Below, piece by piece: positions 63,114 through 64,000 of a DNA stretch of 64,000 bases (position 1 is its first letter; the number at the start of each line of letters is the position of its first letter). The notes beneath the pieces were generated by a model, which saw only the letters and a program-made list of their open reading frames with translations, ran no database searches and had not been told where the DNA came from. The DNA is from an uncultured Planctomycetales bacterium. GTDB taxonomy: Bacteria > Planctomycetota > SBBH01. The stretch covers positions 77,207 through 141,206 of the forward strand of contig CAYVXZ010000004.1 in NCBI GenBank assembly GCA_964455625.1, in the 5' to 3' direction. The translations under genes were made by a program, and so were the position numbers.

Positions 63114-64000
63114 GCGACGTGATCGAAGGCGTCGAAATCGAGCGGGGCGGCCTTCCCTTCCCGGAACAGGGCCCACCCGAGCCCCGCCACCATCGCGGCG
63201 TTGTCGGTGCAGTATGCCATGGGCGGGAGGACCATCTCCCAGCCGCGCTCCCGGCAGGCCGATGCGAGCGCCTCCCGGAGCGGCCTGTTCGCGGCGACGC
63301 CGCCCGCCACGCCGACCGAACGGATCCCCTCCACCCCCGCCGCCTCGACGGTCTTCCGGACGAGAACGTCCACCACCGCCTGCTGGAAACTGGCGGCGAT
63401 ATCCGCCTTTTCACGCGCTGCAAGAACGGGTTCCGACGAAAAGGCCGCGTTGCCTCGCCCGGTTGTCGTTTCAGGGGGGCGCGCCCCCCACCCCCTCACG
63501 CGATAGAGCACCGCCGTCTTGAGTCCGCTGAACGAGAACCTGCGCGACCCCGCCAGGTGCGCGCGGGGAAAGTCGATCGCCCGCGGGTCCCCTCCCTCGG
63601 CCGCCTTCTGGACGAGGGGCCCTCCCGGGTACCCCAGCCCCAGGAGCTTCGCCACCTTGTCGAACGCCTCGCCGGCGGCGTCGTCCACCGTCCCGCCGAG
63701 GAAGACGGACCTCGTCGGGGACTCCATGCGATAGAGCGCCGTGTGCCCCCCCGAGACGAGGAGCGCCAGGCGCGGCGCGCCCCCCTGGGGCGCCGTCATC
63801 TCGAGCGCATAGAGATGCGCCGCCAGGTGGTCGATCGGGACGATCGGGATGCCGTGGAGAAAGGAAAGGGTCTTCGCCGCCGTCACCCCCACGAGGAGCG
63901 CCCCGATGAGGCCGGGCCGGTGCGTGACGGCGATCGCGTCGCAATCGGTGATCCCGCACCCCGCCTTCGCGAACGCCTCGTCGAGGACCGGGAGGATTGC
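63110..64000 (-). CDS. tsaD: tRNA N6-threonylcarbamoyladenosine biosynthesis protein (5' end outside window)
   Basis: PGLIGALLVG, HLAAH, LLVSGGHT, DDAAGEAFDKVAK, FSFSGLKT, GGVAAN, CTDNAAM. Frame runs off the window edge. Confidence 0.97.
   Translation of the reverse strand, partial: AILPVLDEAFAKAGCGITDCDAIAVTHRPGLIGALLVGVTAAKTLSFLHGIPIVPIDHLAAHLYALEMTAPQGGAPRLALLVSGGHTALYRMESPTRSVFLGGTVDDAAGEAFDKVAKLLGLGYPGGPLVQKAAEGGDPRAIDFPRAHLAGSRRFSFSGLKTAVLYRVRGWGARPPETTTGRGNAAFSSEPVLAAREKADIAASFQQAVVDVLVRKTVEAAGVEGIRSVGVAGGVAANRPLREALASACRERGWEMVLPPMAYCTDNAAMVAGLGWALFREGKAAPLDFDAFDHVA

Overview
Very GC-rich, gene-dense bacterial chromosome segment. It is probably from Planctomycetota or another PVC lineage; this is inferred from the zinc-ribbon SpoVG, the LpxC-FabZ fusion, the secreted prenyltransferase-repeat protein and the TMTC-like GT-C/TPR proteins. 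The backbone is mostly housekeeping: an isolated nuoLMN trio; a long minus-strand run rpsF-ssb-rpsR-rplI-dnaB-bamA-skp-lpxD-lpxC/fabZ-Gfo/Idh/MocA(gnnA-like)-two TMTC-like genes-ribD-crcB; cca; lptF/G; tRNA-Glu(TTC); korAB; cmk; alr; lpxH; a KamA-family radical SAM gene with an amino-acid symporter and a cation/H+ antiporter; GT4/ATP-grasp genes; spoVG, ispE, miaA and a truncated tsaD. Accessory material comprises (i) a 353-bp MITE with 20-bp perfect terminal inverted repeats and a TAA target duplication wedged between rplI and the dnaB start codon; (ii) two families of dispersed 130-170 bp structured repeats with conserved CA(C/T)GGA/CAGGA hairpin loops, with 3 and 2 copies; (iii) a 5'-truncated IS3 element followed by a DUF4258/DUF2283 pair; (iv) an AT-richer island at about 44.6-48.6 kb, where a divergent XRE regulator and a 22-bp palindromic operator precede a degenerate-HNH/large exported TPR/zinc-ribbon-TM2 operon, followed by a DUF433/PIN toxin-antitoxin pair; (v) a duplicated PA2779-like precursor pair with a C39-like peptidase next to the tRNA. 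No CRISPR array, rRNA or intact prophage was seen. All family calls come from motif recognition by eye; no database searches were run.
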